Shown: piece after piece, positions 61,577 to 64,000 of the stretch
Position numbering within the stretch: position 1 is the stretch's first letter
How the letters are laid out: the number at the start of each line of letters is the position of its first letter
Source: Octopus sinensis
Taxonomy: Eukaryota
Assembly: GCF_006345805.1 (NCBI RefSeq)
Contig: NC_043002.1
Span: forward strand, 93,248,001 to 93,312,000
Reading direction: 5' to 3'
Length of the DNA: 64,000 bases
Notes under the pieces: model-generated
What the model saw: only the letters and a program-made list of their open reading frames with translations
Database searches by the model: none
What the model was told of the DNA's origin: nothing
Program-made: the position numbers and the translations under genes

Positions 61577-63789
61577 AACTTGACAGGAATCTGCTCTGGT
61601 GTACATTTACTTCTGAATATCTTTTATCTTTCACTTGTTTCAGTCATTAGAATGTGGCCATGCGGGAGCAGCACCTAGAAGAATTTTTAGTTGAATAAAT
61701 CAACCTCAGTTCCTTTTTTAAGCCTGGTACTCACTCTATTGGTCAGTTATGCAGAACTACTAAGTTACAGGGAAGTAACTGTCAAGCAGTGGTGGAGTGG
61801 GGGACAAACACAAGCACAAAGATACATAACCACATGGTTCCGGGTTCAGTCCCACTGCATGGCACCTTGGGCAAGTGCCTTCTGCTATAGCTTTGAGCCG
61901 ATCAGAGCATTGTGAATGGATTTGGGGGACAGAAAGTGCAAGTCCGTCGTACATACATATATATGTATATATATTTATAACCCATGCTAGCATGGAGAAC
62001 GGACGTTAAACGACGATGATGATGTGTGTGTCTTTGAGTCTGTGTTTGTCTCCTAGCCATCGCTTGAGAACTGATGTTGGTGTGTTTGGTTCAGCAAAAG
62101 AGACAATAGAACAAGTACTAGACTTACAAAGAATAAGTCCTAGGGTTGATTTGTGTGACTAAAAACCTTTAACAGAATATATATATATATATATATATAT
62201 ATCATCATCATCATTTAGCGTCCGTTTTCCATGCTAGCATGGGTTGGACGGTTTTAACTGGGGTCTGTGAAGCCGGAAGGCTTCATCAGGCCCAGTCAGA
62301 TTTGGCAGTGTTTCTATGGCTGGATGCCCTTCCTAACGCCAACCACTCCATGAGTGTAGTGGGTGCTTTTTACGTGCTACCTGCACAGGTGCCAGACAGA
62401 GCTGGCAAACGGCCACGAATGGATGGTGTTTTTACGTGCCACCGGCACGGGGGCCAGGCGAGGCTGGCAACGAACACGAGTGGATGGTGCTTTTACGTGC
62501 CAACAACACGGGGGCCAGGCAAGGCTGGCAACGGACAAACGATCGGATGGTTTGCTTAACCACAGCTGCAATTTCCACTGATGTTGATTTGGTTTGATTT
62601 TGACTGTTCTAACTAGTCTTGCCGGGTCTTCTCATGCACAAAAATATCAAATCCACTCACAAGGCTCTCATTGACCCAAGGCTATAGTAGAAGACATTTG
62701 CCAAAGGTATCACGAAGAGGGTCTGAACCTGGAGCCATGTTGTTGGGAAACAAACTTCTTACCAAACAGCCACGCTTGCACCTCTTACATCTATCTTAAA
62801 TTTTCTCCACTCTAGAGACACCAATTGTCATTAATTCAATTTTATTTTCATATCCACACATAAGTCGACTCTTCAAACAGGATAAAATTTTTCGTGAAAT
62901 GGGGGAGGGAGGCAGAAAGGATATCAAAAACCTCTTTATAAGTAAAGGTTTGTCCGTCTGTTTGTCTACCAGTCATCCATTTCTCTCATTAAAAAAGAAC
63001 ACAGAAAATTAAAACAGTAGAAACCATTATCACAGCTTGACTTAAAAATTGAAGTTATTTTTTATAATGTTTGAAAGTATGCTGTTATCTATTTTCTGTC
63101 TCTTTCTCTTTCGGGCAAATTTCTTTTCCCCGCTCTCTCTCTCTCTCTTATTCACACTCACAGACATAATACGCTCGACATCCATAAACATTCATTCATA
63201 TTTAACTGTTCATACAAAGTTTGTTCTGCCTCAATTCCCTTTCTTTTTAAAGTAATTTTTACAACAAATTATATCAAACCTATTTTTAAGTATGTCATAT
63301 TGATTTCAGATCTTACAATAAATAGTTATTTTACCTGTTATGTTCTGTCAACAGATCCATGTCTGTGTATGAGAGTTGGGTGTCATAAAAATTTTGTTTC
63401 TTTATTGTAACAATAACAAAAACAAAGAAAAAGTGAACGTTTCACTCAATTTTTTTTACTTTCTACTTAAACACGAAGAGTGGGGGGACCAGTCGATTAC
63501 ATCGACTTCAATACTCAACTGGTACTATTTTATTGACCCCCGAAAGAAGGAAAAGCAGAGTCAACCTTGACAGAATTTGAACTCGGAATGTAAATCCAGT
63601 AGAAATGCCTCTAAAAATTTTTATCCGATGTGCTAACGATTCTGCCAGCTAGCCACCTTTGTTTCGGTCAATTTTGGCCTCTTTTTCTCAGTTTAACAAT
63701 TACAATTTTTAAAATATTTTATCATAATGAAGAGCCAGTTCGACCCATAGACTGCAAAACTACGTCTTTATCATAAAAAATATATTTAA

Positions 63790-63830
63790 CTAGCTGAAGG
63801 TGACTCGCTCTACGCGCGGTTAAGAGTGTG
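63790..63830 (-). mobile_element. Isolated Helitron 3' terminus
   Basis: The - strand reads ccgcgcgtagagcgagtcaccttcagCTAG|t. Confidence 0.45.
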
Positions 63831-64000
63831 GTTGTTACTTTCTGTTGCTTCCTTTCAGCACGTAAAAAGCAACATCCGATCGTGACGGATTGCAGCGCCG
63901 CCTTGACTGGCTTCTGTGCTGGTGGCACATAAAAAGCACAAACCGATTGTGGCCGCTGCCAGCCCCTCTGGCACCTGTGCCGGCGGCACGAAAAAAGCAC

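Overview
AT-rich, repeat-dense eukaryotic genomic DNA. The SINE/LINE/microsatellite landscape matches what I recall of coleoid cephalopod (Octopus) genomes; this is inference, not a database result. One host gene is supported: a + strand SYNJ2BP/OMP25-like PDZ protein with a C-terminal tail anchor. Three coding exons are located (33718-33854, 37615-37728, 40707-40847); the first coding exon was not found. Most of the rest is transposon-derived: two tRNA-headed SINE families, (GAT)n-tailed repeats that appear to be the 3'UTR of an RTE LINE, RTE and Penelope-like fragments, Helitrons, Tc1/mariner relics, and piggyBac-like and Merlin-like MITEs. The most interesting signals are: (1) a 50-nt minimal type-I hammerhead-ribozyme fold with a compensatory G3:C8 core swap on the - strand at 59156-59205, inside a fold-back repeat; (2) a 532-bp near-perfect palindrome at 10951-11482; (3) a 2.5-kb tandem array built from an RTE 3'UTR in the intron after exon 33718-33854; (4) several inversion and fold-back structures that end in (TA)n tracts. 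No CRISPR array, rRNA gene or genuine tRNA gene was found.
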